From: Octopus sinensis
Taxonomy: Eukaryota
Length of the DNA: 64,000 nt
Assembly (NCBI RefSeq): GCF_006345805.1
Contig: NC_043000.1
Coordinates: 145,204,001-145,268,000, forward strand
Reading direction: 5' to 3'
Shown: in pieces, positions 50,801 to 64,000 of the stretch
Layout: the number at the start of each line of letters is the position of its first letter
Position numbering within the stretch: the stretch's first letter is position 1
Program-made: the position numbers and the translations under genes
Notes under the pieces: generated by a model
Databases searched by the model: none
What the model saw: the letters and a program-made list of their open reading frames with translations, nothing else
Told to the model about the DNA's origin: nothing

Positions 50801-52777
50801 GATTGCCAGAAAGCTGTGAGCGACGAACGGCATTGCAGATATTCAGGCCCCCTGACTCTGTCTATACCTGATTCAAGGATGCAGCACTGTCAATGACACA
50901 TGCTTTCGAAAAGCGCGTCCTGCAAACGGGGTCACACTTGCAAAAAAGATCAACGAAATGCTAGAAATGTCCTAGCCTCGTTACAAAACTCTGTCTTCTG
51001 CTTAGCAGATGTTAGCAACAAATGGCCATATTGCCAACATCTATTCTCTACAGGAAGCAAAACATAAGTCGCTGAACCCTGGATGAAGCGGAGTAAAGCA
51101 CTGTAGTCCGGCAGTAATAGTTGGCAGCTTCATGTAGCGTTAGTATGCGCCATCTCTGCCCGGTCCTACAGGCATAGTTTCCTGTCTTTTCTTTTCTACA
51201 TGTGGCTAGCTACCCAGCGCGTCACCCCTTAACTCTTATTGTACAATTGGCGGTCTTGACCATATCAAAATCCGTTGAATCGGATTGTCCGAATGGCTGC
51301 TTATGCATAGGAATGTGTAACTAGCATTTAGCAGTAGGGATATTTTCATATGTTATGAAACAACGGTTCCATTTATACTCTTTAACTAACACATTGCAAT
51401 TATCTTATCCCTCAATTTCAAAACTAACATCTTGTTTATAAGAAAAATATAAATAATGAGCTTAGGAATAACTGATAAGTTCAGACGCTCCAAGCGCTTT
51501 TATCATGTCACAAGTAAAATTCGCCTTTCTATTCAACTTCCTATTTCGGTGCTCTTCTTTGTTTATATTCATATGGATCCGGTGAGCAATAAGCGGTGCA
51601 CACCCCATATCGTACATCAGTTCCATATGAATCCAAGTCATCTACATAAGCAAATAATTATAGTCGAAGCTGGGTCTCTTCAGCTTCGTTTCGCAGACGG
51701 AAGAAGATCGATAGGCATTCCCTGAGATTCAATTAGTTGCCATTTTGCACCAGTAGAGTGACTCTGAAATATATGCTCTTCGTGGCAGATTTCCATTCTA
51801 AGAACATCGTTAGTTTTCATTGTCTCAGCTACTTTTATATATTTCTATACGTCAGATATACAGATTTCATAAAGTGGGAATAGTCACAACTGTCTTAACA
51901 TGACATATTCCCCAAGTACACAGTCAACAAGCATAACAACTCCAAAACTAATTCTGAACAATATCCTACGACTCCACAAACTTCAAACAACACCTTACGA
52001 CTTCCTGTGATGTTCTCCTTCGCCGCCGTCTCACTGGAACGCTCTGCTACTTATACGAGCTCGGCTAGTCCCTTCCCATAGGGGGTGTCAATGACTCTCA
52101 CCATAACAGTTATGAAAGGTGGAGATTCTATTTATAACCAACTTGCCATTGATATTTAATCTTAAACACGGTCTTTTGTTTTACCGTGGATTAGGATCTG
52201 AAACATACTTGAGCTCACCGTATGTAACACTTAGTCATTTCTTCGCTCCACTCTTTAAATCTGTTTCATAATGACGTATTTGATCCGCATGTTTCTCTTG
52301 CTTTGCTTATGTATTGGTTCAAAGTAACACGACTCAAATGTGCCAGCCAATCAATATTTTAGACTAGATTTTCGACCCATCCACAATTTTGATTATGAAA
52401 AACACAGGATATACCTCAACATGACGCCAAGCTTCTTCTCGCACTTTGAAAATATCAAAAATGTCAGAAATACGTTACTTTTTTCTTCGATGATACTTGA
52501 ATAAAGACATGCAGTACATGATGCATTTGTTATTCAAATATCTGTAGTACTTATTTTCATTCTCTGCTCAATTAATCAAAGCATTATCGAGACTCATTTT
52601 GTAATTAAAGAGTTTTTGTAGTCCACACACGTCTTTCAAAAGAATAAATCTTGTTTCCAAGACGAACCCTAACGGGAAAAGGCATTTTCACGTCTACGTC
52701 TCCATGATCATATCTAGATTCAATATATCCATAATTTTATATAGGTGTGCCTGTGTTTCAGTGCGTATGGATGTATG

Positions 52778-52824
<47 letters not shown>

Positions 52825-52825
52825 A

Positions 52826-53057
52826 TATTTCTTTACTACCCGCAAGGGGCTAAACACAGAGAGGGCATACAAGGACAGACAAACGAATTAAGTCGATTAT
52901 GTCGAATCCAGAGCGTAACTGGTACTTAATTTATCGACCCCGAAAGGAAGAAAGGCAAAGTCGACCTCGGCGGAATTTGAACTCAGAACGCAGCGGCAGA
53001 CAAAATACAGCAAAGCAATTCGCCCGGCGTGCTAGCGTTTCTGCCAGCTTGCCGCCT
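52826..53057 (-). mobile_element. SINE family B, full length
   Basis: Aligns with 2346-2577. Confidence 0.9.
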
Positions 53058-53869
53058 ATATATACACACATACATATACACACACACACACGTATATATG
53101 TATATAGGTGTGAAACTACAGAGTCCCTAGTCTTTTAACGCATTTGGACGAATCATTGTTCCATTCCCTTTTGTTTATTATTGTGTGAGATCTGCAACTA
53201 TTTTAAGTACCACTTTTCAACATAAATGTACGCATTTTAACTTCCTTATTATACAAAGTAGCATTATTTCTACACGTCACTTTATTATTATTCCATGTTT
53301 TACTTTTATTTTCAGCATATTGTTCTTTCTTTGTTCAGTATTTTACTTCATTTTGGTTGTTTATTTATTCGTTTTGGTACTTGAATTTGTCATTCATATT
53401 CGTTTTCTTTTTTCGTATTGAGAAAAGTTTTGTTTGGTGCAATTTTGTTTATTTCAGTTTGTTATATTCAACTGATACATTACAACTGTTGAGATTCTTG
53501 TACTTCAGTCAAATAAATAAACTAAAATGCAAGATATTTGCTTAGCCAACAGACAAACACAGGAAATTCGAATAAATATCAAAAGAGTTTACAAAAATAC
53601 ACGGAATGGTTTAAAGACAAAAACAAAACGACGAGAAAAAAATATTTCAAAACATAGAATAAATAGAGGATGTTTTTTAATGATTGTTTCATCCACAAAT
53701 ACAGCCATTGTTTAGGAACTCGTCTTACAAACTCCATACATTCGTTTTCTTGAGAAAACAATAACACAAAAACATTATAAAGACAAAGCAGTTAAAATAG
53801 AAATTTAAAGAATATATCATTTATTTAAATTGTCCTTCATAACACATCGTATTCTCCACGCATTTACGA

Positions 53870-53871
<2 letters not shown>

Positions 53872-53900
<29 letters not shown>

Positions 53901-53970
53901 TATTATTATTATTATTATTGTTGTTGTTGTGTTGTTGTTGTTGTTGTTATTATTATGATTGTTGTTGTTG

Positions 53971-54032
<62 letters not shown>

Positions 54033-54037
54033 GTTAT
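53872..54037. repeat. Compound (TAT)n/(TGT)n microsatellite
   Basis: Direct reading. Confidence 0.97.
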
Positions 54038-56819
54038 TAAACAGTATTATTCAGAATAAAATATATTCGTTTCCTATAACCATGTATTTCGTCTTGATTG
54101 CCTTTTCCTAAACTTATATTTAAAGCCTTTTTTTGAAGTTTAGGTACATCTTCATTTTGTTACTAGATTTATTTCGCAATTTATTTACTTCGACTTTTTT
54201 TTTTATATCAGCATTCCAGTTTTGGAATTGCGCATAGCAAACAATAAATTGAAAACAAAATTACATTTATTTAAAATAAACAGTAACTTTGTTGAATATT
54301 CTGAGGACGGTGTTGAATAATATAATATAATTAACATGTTTATTCTCAATACCAGTTTTCTAATATCTTTCAATTGTTTTCACTTTCCGAAATTGGTATT
54401 TGTTTATTTATATTCCATTGTGAGCTATAGTTTAACATAATGCATGTTTGTGATCATGTAAAAATATTTAATATACTTTTATATATTCTTGTCTATTTTT
54501 AGTTTTTGTGATGCGGCCAAGGTTGGTTATGTTTGGAATTTATTAAGGCAAGGATTCCATCGAAAACACATCTTTTTGTATGTTAGAAGTCCATCTTTTG
54601 AAGTACGTAAATAGAAGTGATTGAAAATATAGAAAGCTTAAATACTATTAGATACAATTCCAAATGCTACTATGCCATTTGTAACGTGAAAACATTCCCC
54701 GATGCCTAAAGCATTTTGGAATATGCTTCCGATTTTAAATACGTTTGTGGCTTAATCAAAAGTAATTCACCTGCAACAGTTAGCGAAGTGTGAGAATTTG
54801 ACATCTAAGCAGCAGCTGTGTATGCTGTGACTAATATCTAATTAATCTTTCAGAAAACAACAATCAATAAGCTCCGATTGTTGTCATGACAAATAACGCA
54901 TGGCCTAGAGGCAACTTGTGATTTAAACACCTACGCTAACAAATATAAGCACAAAGAGATATACTAAATATTTCTAAGATGTGTCTGTTAAAGAAATGAA
55001 AAAGTGAGCTCTTTAAAAAGTAATATATACTGGAATTGGTCATCATACACGTCAGTTGTAGAAATATAATTTTTAAAGAGAAACATATGCATAAGTCTTC
55101 TAGGCTATATTTCTTTGATGAAGTTTGTATATGTCCTTTGAAAAAGATGAACATTTACAATGACAATAATACCAAGATGTGACACAAACTGATTTCTAAT
55201 TGAGCAGGTTGTCGATTTAACTGAAACAATATCAAAAATAGGATTGATTTCTTAGCCATCGTCGAATGAAAATCGTTGGAATGCTTCTTATCAAATCGGT
55301 CTCGGATATACTAATTCTGGCAACCGGTCGAGTGGTAACTTATCCAACCAAATCCATTAATGGTGTAAGCAGCTATTGTTAAAACTGTGAAAAACATTTG
55401 CCTTCAATCTCACATTTAAGCTCATCGCTAATATATAATTGATTTAACATTTTTTCATCCCCTAATCAATTTCTGGCGGTAAATATATCAGTATTAATGG
55501 TCGTTCGACCGCTGCTGCAAGGAGAGAAAAGAAAAAACAAAGAACACTTCTTTTGCTACATACCAATGTGCCCGCTGCTGTTTTCTTTGTATGTGTTGCA
55601 TATGTTAGACCAACTCCTTCAAGAGATGAGCAGCAAATCGGCTGACCTGCACAACAAATGTCATTGCTTTTCTGTCTGCACATGCGACTGAGAAACAAAA
55701 TGTGGAATCTGTCTAATTTGTGAAAAGTAAAACCAGCTGTATACATTGAAATTACTTGAAAACGTTCTCTTTGAGACATTATGTTCACTAACATTATATC
55801 AAAAATATTAGATGCACTAATGGAAATCGCTCATTCTTTAAATTGACCTTCTTTCGAAACAGTATGGAGTATATGCATGGGAAGTTGTACATTGCATTTA
55901 ATGGGTGGTTTTTGTTTGTTCCGTTCTCATTCCGAATAGTATGCATATATGCAAATATACTTTGTTTCTACTAATTGAGGAAATGTTTTACTCTAATGTT
56001 TCCGACTTGTAAATGCTGTTTTTGGTGGTATAATGAATGCTAGCATGTTTTCAGCGAAATAAATATTGATAATTTTTTTTTCTTTTGTGGATTGGCGCGT
56101 TTCCTTCCTCACAAATTCTTGCAATTCTGAGCACTTTCGTATGAAATCACGGAAAAACATTTTACGTTCGAGTGACATTTAAAAGTGTTGTAATAGAAAT
56201 TATTAATATGACAACGAGTTCTCACGTTGAAGAGTTTATGTGCGAGCTTCGCTGTCAATATTGCAAATATAGACACATTTTTATTTGAATTTCAGTAATT
56301 CAATATTAACATATGTATCTTGCTATATTAAAACAGCATCAGTTACTTACTTTTGCAAATATCTACAATATACTTGATTCGTTTTGTTGTAAACTATGGT
56401 ACATCTTGTCTGATTTGCATCTCGTTCGTTACATTCGAAACAACAACAAAAAGATCTTGTTTGACTTCCCGAGAATAATCCAATCTCTTTAAATGTGTCC
56501 ACCTTTATACTAATTTAAAAGAAAGATCAATCTTTTCATATTGCTGGCGGTAAATTTTGTAAATTCTCTATTCATGAATCACTATTTAAATTCTCTTGAC
56601 AATAATACTAATATAAATTCCACCAGTATTACTGGCATCATTATAATGATGATCATGTCGAGGATGAGGAAGAGCGTAACAATATGTAAATATATAAAAG
56701 AGGATCTACTCTGTGAAATTTCTTGTCTGTAAGTATGAGATCAGGAAGAACCACACTGACTTTGAACACTGACAATTGATCGCTTAATGCTAGAGACGTA
56801 ACAATTTCATGTAACATTT

Positions 56820-58050
56820 TCAAAGGTGACGCTCTATCAGCACTCCTTTTTTGCCTCGCCTTCGTATCTCCCTTGAAATTGCTGATTGATGTACAATGCG
56901 GTTAGAAAATGTTTAATAAAAATATAAATATTCTCCTTTATATGGATTGTTTAAAGACACTTGCAAAAGATGACCAACTACTACAGGGCTTACTAGCGAT
57001 TGTTAAACAATTCAGTGACGACATCAAGATGCCATTTGGCCTCGATAAATGTGCAAATGCTACCTTTATGAAATGAAAATGACAGAAACATCCAATATTA
57101 ATATTGACAACAAGAATACCATAAAGGAATCAGAACCAGCGGAGAGCGACAAATACCTAGGGGTATTTGAGGAGGAATGGAATCGAATATTCAGTGATGA
57201 GGGAAAAGATCAGAAGAGAATGTTATAGCAGCGTAAGGACAATACTAAAACCAGAGCTGAATGCCATAAAAAGGTACGAAGGGATCGATACTTTAGCCAT
57301 ACCAGGCGTGACTTACAGTTTCAATATCATTAACTAGTCAATTACTGAAATCTGTAATATTGACAGAAAAATACGATAATTATCAATAATGCATAGCATC
57401 CAATACTCGCAGGAAGATGTCGAACGACTTTATCTGCCACGAAAAGAGGGTGGCCGTGGATATTTACAACTGGAATTCACAATGAAGTTTGCCACAATCG
57501 GCCTAGACACCTACCTAAGAAATTCATTTGACTGGATTTTAAAACTTGTCTGAAGGCATAAAAACAAGAAAGCATCATACTCAGTAATACAACAGGCAAA
57601 GTAATATCTACGTGAAGTCCAAATACAAAAATACCTGAATTAGACGTTCAGAAAAAAACACATAAAAGTGCTAAAACTGATGCCTTAGATATTCTTAATG
57701 ATAAATGGCAAGGAAAATCTCTCAATGGCAAATACCGAAAGAAAGCTAATTGTGTCGATGTTGACAGAACCTTGTCCATCAATTGTTAGTGGCTTCTGGC
57801 TTAAAATCAGAAACAGAAGGAATAATCATAGCAGCCCAAGATAAATGCCTACTTACAAGGAACTACCGGGCCAGCATATTAAAGAATGCCAGCTGCCAAC
57901 ATGTCGCGTATGTCAACAACAAAATGAAACCATTGATCATGTTGTCGCCATATGAAGTCTTCTGGCGCCTACAGATTATCTTTGCAGGCATGATGGAGCA
58001 GAATAATATTCCCTGGGTAATTTACAAAATATTTTCTTCTGGTTGAGTAA
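56820..58050 (+). mobile_element. R4/Dong-like (RLE-type) LINE fragment: RT 3' half to zinc-knuckle region
   Basis: IVKQFSDDIKMPFGLDKCA; DKYLGV; LAIPGVTYSFNIIN; DVERLYLPRKEGGRG; SGLKSETEGIIIAAQD; stops and frameshifts. Confidence 0.88.
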
Positions 58051-58397
58051 CCCATCCCGCTCAAAAAGTCCCTGAATAAGGGTTGTTTAAGGATGTTGAA
58101 CGAAACACCCATGTTTCCAGAGGTGAATTATTTGAACCCCAAAGAATCCCTCTCAACACATGGCTTTGATGCTCCCCCACTGCTTCTGCTGGGCATCAGA
58201 GATGCACAAATCGTCAGCCACTAAGGGACATGCTCAACCTGTTAAAGTCAAACAACTGACAAGCAAGTCTGTGTTATTGAGCAGAATATTTGCTGCAGGC
58301 TATCTTTTATACCAAGACAAAACAATGTACATGAAAACACTGCCAATAGGTTAAGATCAGAAGGCCCGAGAGCCACTGCCTGGTACTGCATCAGGGC

Positions 58398-58428
<31 letters not shown>

Positions 58429-58573
58429 TATTATTAGTAGTAGTAGTAGTAGTAGTAGTATCATTATTATCATTATTTTCATCATTGTTTTTATTATCAT
58501 CATCATCACCACCACCATCAGCACACCATTATTATTATTATTAATATTATTATTATTATTATATTATTATTAT

Positions 58574-58608
<35 letters not shown>

Positions 58609-58785
58609 TCATTATTATCATTATTTTCATCATTGTTTTTATTATCATCATCATCACCACCACCATCAGCACACCATTATTATTATTATTAATATTATTA
58701 TTATTATTATTATTATTAGTACTATTATTATTACTATTATTATTGTTATCATTGTTGTTGTTTTTATTATTATCATAATTTATTG
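58398..58785. repeat. Compound (TAT)/(TAG)/(CAT)/(CAC) microsatellite containing a 148-bp tandem duplication
   Basis: Block starting tatcattattatcattattttc at 58459 recurs at 58607. Confidence 0.9.
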
Positions 58786-58789
58786 TCGA

Positions 58790-59470
58790 CTTTACCTACC
58801 CAGAGCTCAAGGAAATCCAATACGAGAAATCCTTCACAATAAGGCAGGCAAAATATCTTGAAACATCGAAAGAGTGGATGCTAAATATCGTTGAAAAACC
58901 ATTCCAACACGTAAGAATCTTTATTTCCTTATGAAAGAGAGCAAAGCATGTTCATGTGAGTTTATGCATTGTACCCAGGTTGAACTGCCTGAAGGAACTG
59001 CAGTTGCAGAGAAGGTTAAACCAATAGGAAAGCAAAATGCGTTTGAACAATTGGCTGATATGTGGGAATAACATCTTCTGCATGGCAAATATGTGGCCCG
59101 TAGCAAAAAACGCTGATGTTAACAAGAAGCACAATCATCCATTGGCTACGAAGCTCAGGGCTAAAAGAAGAGATTGAAGGCTTTTTCTTGGCTGCCCAAG
59201 ATCATATCTTATTGAACAAGAACAATGAAGCCTATATATGAAAATGCCGTAGACCCAAATAGTCGATACTGCAACAATGGAATATTATCAGTCGACCACC
59301 TAATCTCTGGATATACGGTTTTTGGACGTGTATAGTACAAATCAATAAATGACAGTTAGCCAATATTTACATTGGATAATGTTGGCATTATAAAATCAAA
59401 ACTACTGAGAAACTGTACAAGCACTACCCTGAGGCTGTAACTGAGGGAGAAAATGTAACATTCTTTAAGA
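58790..59470 (+). mobile_element. R4/Dong-like LINE fragment (post-RT to RLE start)
   Basis: LHGKYVARSK..DVNKK...WLRSSGLKEEIEGFFLAAQD...HYPEAVTEGENVT. Confidence 0.8.
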
Positions 59471-59479
59471 CTGCCTCCA

Positions 59480-62400
59480 AGTCTCACCCAAGACCTCGAG
59501 ACGACAAATTAGAAGTTCATTACGCCAACATAGATTTGTTCTAGAGAATGTTTAAGAAACCATAAAAAAGTATGTTTGCTTTAAAATTTGAGATTACATA
59601 GACAATATTATACGTAGGATACGCAGTTCCCATTAGCACTATCTTTTGAGTTACTGCCATTTCGGTGTTTCCTGGTATCTGAGCTAGGTATCAATGAACC
59701 CCTTTTGCAATCATTCCTAAGGTACCTATGACAACTTATATTGTTTTAGTCTTCAGGTTACACATTTTCCTATTTTATATCTCAAGATCTTTATTCTTGC
59801 TCAGTTTTTGGCAGGTCTTGACAAATATGTTTATATCGATTCGGACAGTCATATCAATGAGGAAGCATTTCAATATAATGTCTGGCATATTTTCATGTAT
59901 CTTTCTGTCGGTTTAAATGGTGACCTTCCAGAGGAGTGACATGTGAACATTTTCAAGCACTGTAGATGGTTTGTGTTCCCACCAGTTTTTATCATGTGGT
60001 AAGTCCAAGTTTTTGCAAGTTACCCAGTGAATATACTGTGCAGCTCTATCATGCCTGTTGAGATATTCTGTAGGCGCAACATGTCTGCACATGAAGACAA
60101 CATGATCAATGGTTCCATTTTGTTGTTGACGTACACGACATGTTGGGAAGTTGGCGTTCTTTAATATGTTGGACTGGTAGTTCCCTGAAGGTAAGCCTCG
60201 ATAAACATTTCTGTTTCTGATTTTAAGCCAGAATCCATTAAACATTGATGGGTAAGAGTTTGTCAACATCGGCTTATTAGCTCTCTTTGGGCATTTGCCA
60301 TTGAGAGGTTTTTCTTGCCATGCATTAGTCAGAATATATAAGGCAGCATTTTTAGCATCGGTTTTCATGCGCTTAGCTTTTTTAGTGCATGTTTCTAGTA
60401 TGTCTAATTCAGGAATTTGTTTTATTTGGAATTCAGTTAGATAGTCCTTTGCTTGTTTTGTTACTGAGTGTGATGCTTTCATATTTTCAAGTTTGTTGAC
60501 AATTTTTAACATCCAGTCCCCAGACATTTTCAGGTAGGTGACTAAGCCGATTCTGGCAATCTTCTTTGTTAATGCCATTTGTAAATGTTCACTGTCTCCC
60601 TCTTTTCTTGGCAGCTAAAGTCGTTCTATATCTGCCTTAGAGTGGTGCATTCTATGCCTTGTCAGCAGATTTCGTATTTTCTGTAAGTCTCGACTGGTAT
60701 GGCTAAAGCATTGGTCGCTTATATCCTGTTTCTTCCATTCAGCTCTCTCTTGCTCTCACACTGCGATAACATTCTCTTCTGATCCTTTCCCTCATCAAAT
60801 GTTTAATACCGTCCCCTTCAATTACCACTAGATATTTGTAGCTCTCCGTTGGTTCTAATTCTGTTATGAAAGTTTGATGGTCAAGGTTAACGTTAAATGT
60901 TTCTGTCATTTTTTCCTTTGATAAAGGTAGCTTTTGAACAATTTATCGAGGCCAAATTGCATCTTGATGTCATCACGGAATTGTTTAACAATCGCTAGTA
61001 AGCTCTTGAGTTGTTGGGCATATTTTGCAAAGAGCTTTAAATCATCCATGTAAGTGATTTATGTAAGTGATTTATGTAAGTGATTTGTAATTTTTATGAA
61101 ACATTTTATAACCGTTCTGTGCATCATTGATCAATTTCGAGAGATATATTAAAGCTAAACAAAAGAGAAGGGGTGATAGTGAGTTACCCTTGAAAATGGC
61201 ACATGGAATTCTTACATCTCCAGCATTTAGAGATTCATTGTCACTGTTCAAAATCAGTGTGTTTCTGCATGATCTCATTCTTACAGACAAAACGTTTCGC
61301 AGAGTAGGAACTATTTTAGACATTTCCAGATATTTCTTACGTGGTAGGCTATCAAAGCGTTTTATAATCTCTCCAGGCTATTGACAAGTTTTTGTGTCGT
61401 TTGTGACAATCTTCTAAGATCATATTATTGATGAGTAGCTCATCTTTGCAACCATAAGGCCCACATTTACATCCTTTTCGCTCATTAGGGAATATGATAC
61501 TTTCTATTAAAAACTATAGGTATATTCAGCCAGGACAGATGTTAGCGTATTATACATTGCTGTTAAGCAGGTCATTGGTCGATAAATTTTAGTTCATTTG
61601 TTTCTTCATTTTTTGGAAATAGGAATGTTAAACCATTAACTGACCGAGAGGGAATCATACTAGGATGTTGCAAAACATCGTTGTAAAATTTTGTTAGCAG
61701 TTCGTGGCTTTCTGGTAAGGCAGTCAAACAGAAGTTATGAATATTATCCTTTCCTGGAAACTTCCATTTGCTTGACATGCTGAGAGCAGATTTTATATCT
61801 TCTACCTTGAGACACTCCCACTTTTGCTCCTCTAAGAGTCTAAGTCTGTAGATATTCTATTAATCCAAGGGGTCTTTTCAGTGTGTATTTTTTTTCTGAC
61901 CAAATTTTATTCCAAAATTCCTGCACTTCTTTTCATGGGACAGACATAACTGTAACTTGTATTTTCCCTTTCTTCCTGTAAAAATTTATGGGGTTATTTT
62001 TTAACATGTTGATGTCTTTAAAGAATCTAACGCGCTTTTCATACCTTATTTTCTTGTCGCCAATTTTATAACCATACCTTTTTTTCTGTTAAGTTAACTT
62101 GTAGGAGGTATTAGGGCTATGCAGAAAATTAAAGGTGAAGGTTAGTCACCTTGAAAAATGCCACAGTTGATATTAATATCATGTTGTGCCGTCATTATTC
62201 GATTAGAGTAGTATAATTGGAGATTCGTATGACGCATTGATATTTGTGATTCAGGAATCTTGAAATCTCAGGAGAAGTTTTGAAGATATCCAACGATTTC
62301 AAGATCCAGCAATGTGGTTTGCTGCGAAGAAGTCTTTACAATCAATCCATGCAGAAGAACTAAGATTTCTGTGTTATGACAGTTCTCAAGAATCATGTGA

Positions 62401-64000
62401 TTGGTTAAGAGTTTTCGCATCCCTTTGAGTCTCGCCGGCACCCTTTATGTACAGTGGGGAAAATATCGTTCTGTTCAACATTTTGTATGTTTTCTCCATG
62501 AGGATGGATGTGAACATTCTATACATGTTATGAGCCGATAGTTTTGTAGAAATTTGGTTTTATTATTCTTCAGGAGGAGGTAAGTAATACCTCTTGCTAA
62601 CCAATTGGATGTTTTTCGTAGTATCTCATAATTTCATTGAAAAATTTAACAAACTTTTCGTGTGCACACAGGATCGATGCGAGCCAGAAATCTGGTACCC
62701 TATCATTACCAGAGGATTTCCACTAATAAGCCTACGTGGGTGTCTGGTAAGTTTTGGTAGGAGACTACTGTGTGTCTAATCCAGTCTGCATTTTCGTTGT
62801 AAGTCTTTTCTTTACTGAAGATAATTTTCCAAACGTTTTCAACTTCTTCCATGACAGGAAGGCGGGGGAGTCATTATCGATTATTTTCTCTTTCCCTATT
62901 TCTCTGTAGAATGTTTTCGCATTGGATGTAAAAAGGTTATTTTGTTTATAAAGCTTGTTTCTCTTCTCAAATCTTCGTATTCTTTGAGATTTCATTTGGA
63001 ATTTTTCTTGCAGCGTTTCATTTGCTGAACGAGTTCTCTTTGTGAAAATCTGTTTTCTCTTCATCTTTCTTCCTTTTCTGGCTTTTACATTGTTTCCATA
63101 GATTAGTTCATTTAATATTGATATTTCACCTCTCAGTATTTCAATCTCTTTTCCAATTTTACTTTTCCCTTTTGGAATTCTTCTCAGGTTTGTATTTCTT
63201 TGTTTTTGTTTTTTTTTCTTTCTTCAGCGGCATACAACTGGTTTCAATTGTCTTAGCAGCTGCATAAATAGTCTCATTTAATTCAATGTGATCTGGTTTT
63301 AGTTCTTGAATAATTTCCTTTCGTACATAGTTTTCAATTTTAATTTGTTTTCTATTTTGAATTGTATTTGAGAGCTTATGAAGTGGTTCCTTATTATGCA
63401 CATTGGTGCGTCTTACAACTGCAAGTTTTTCAGGATTTTCTGCTTCAGTTATATCAAAGACTCTCTGTGTTTTTCAGTTAATGTGCCGTCTTCAAATATT
63501 GTTTCTTTACTGCTTTCCTCGCTATGTTTATCAGGTTTATTACTGTTTATTTCTCCAGACCTTTGCCTATTCTAGTCAGATGGCAGTCTTTCAATTGAGA
63601 CTCATGGTGAGTTGCTTTCTTTGTTTCTCTTCTTCCTCGATAACTTATATTTAGATAATCTTTCGCTGCGTGCTTGATCGCAGTTATTTCATTATCTGTG
63701 AGTATTTTACTTATGAGGATATCCCTTTTAACACTAGCTAACTTGTTTTCGTCAAAATATAGTTTGCTGTCTTGATTTCGTATTCTCCATTTGTGATAAG
63801 AGAGTGCAGTATGTTTCTCTTCAGATGACCCCCCTAATGCATAGTAACAGTCGTATGTTACTTCTGTATATTCTTCTCGGATTCATTTGATCGTAGATAT
63901 TTCTTTCTATGGTGGCTGGTGTGATGAACTTGGGTGTCTTGGGTTGGAGCTCTTCCTATTCAAGTGACCATACAGGTTCGTATTCAGAGAAGAATTTGTG
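59480..64000 (-). mobile_element. Near full-length R4/Dong-like RLE LINE, inactivated, running off the window edge
   Basis: N-terminal IK*IREEYTEVTYDCYYAL and DENKLASVKRDIL; RT with KWKFPGKDNIHNF, GNSLSPLLFCLAL, YMDDLKLFAK, MQFGLDK; CRV..QNGTIDHVV..C, RHDRAAQYIHW; 3' UTR ctcgaggtcttgggtgagacttggag; no APE domain seen. Confidence 0.9.

Noticed and set aside
55462-55794. ORF with FSLLAAAVER, resembling a GPCR TM3 (ERY) motif
   Set aside because: No other transmembrane pattern, stops follow immediately, and the hydrophobic stretch is a translated pyrimidine tract

Overview
AT-rich, repeat-saturated animal DNA, most likely an octopus or other cephalopod, inferred from the tRNA-derived SINE families and the (TA)n/(CA)n microsatellite load; this was not database-verified. 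I cannot support any intact host gene, and most ORFs in the supplied track are translated microsatellites. The window holds decayed transposons: R4/Dong-like RLE LINEs (48.6-50.8 kb and 56.8-64 kb), a Gypsy pol relic, a Helitron helicase relic and non-autonomous Helitrons, a pogo-type DDE relic, a CR1/L2-group LINE 3' end and many SINEs. The main signal the ORF track misses is a set of hammerhead-ribozyme (HHR) elements linked to Penelope-like elements (PLE). It includes: (1) a ~553-bp-monomer retrozyme-like element at 45591-46820 with two identical, structurally intact type I hammerheads on opposite strands; (2) an intact dimer-type hammerhead at 31093-31156; (3) a tRNA-headed SINE with a decayed hammerhead at 15794-16100; (4) several decayed minimal hammerheads; (5) long fold-back palindromes; and (6) a frameshifted Penelope GIY-YIG endonuclease at 4087-4355. 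Most of these abut (TA)n tracts. All structures and alignments were read by eye, and no ribozyme activity is demonstrated.
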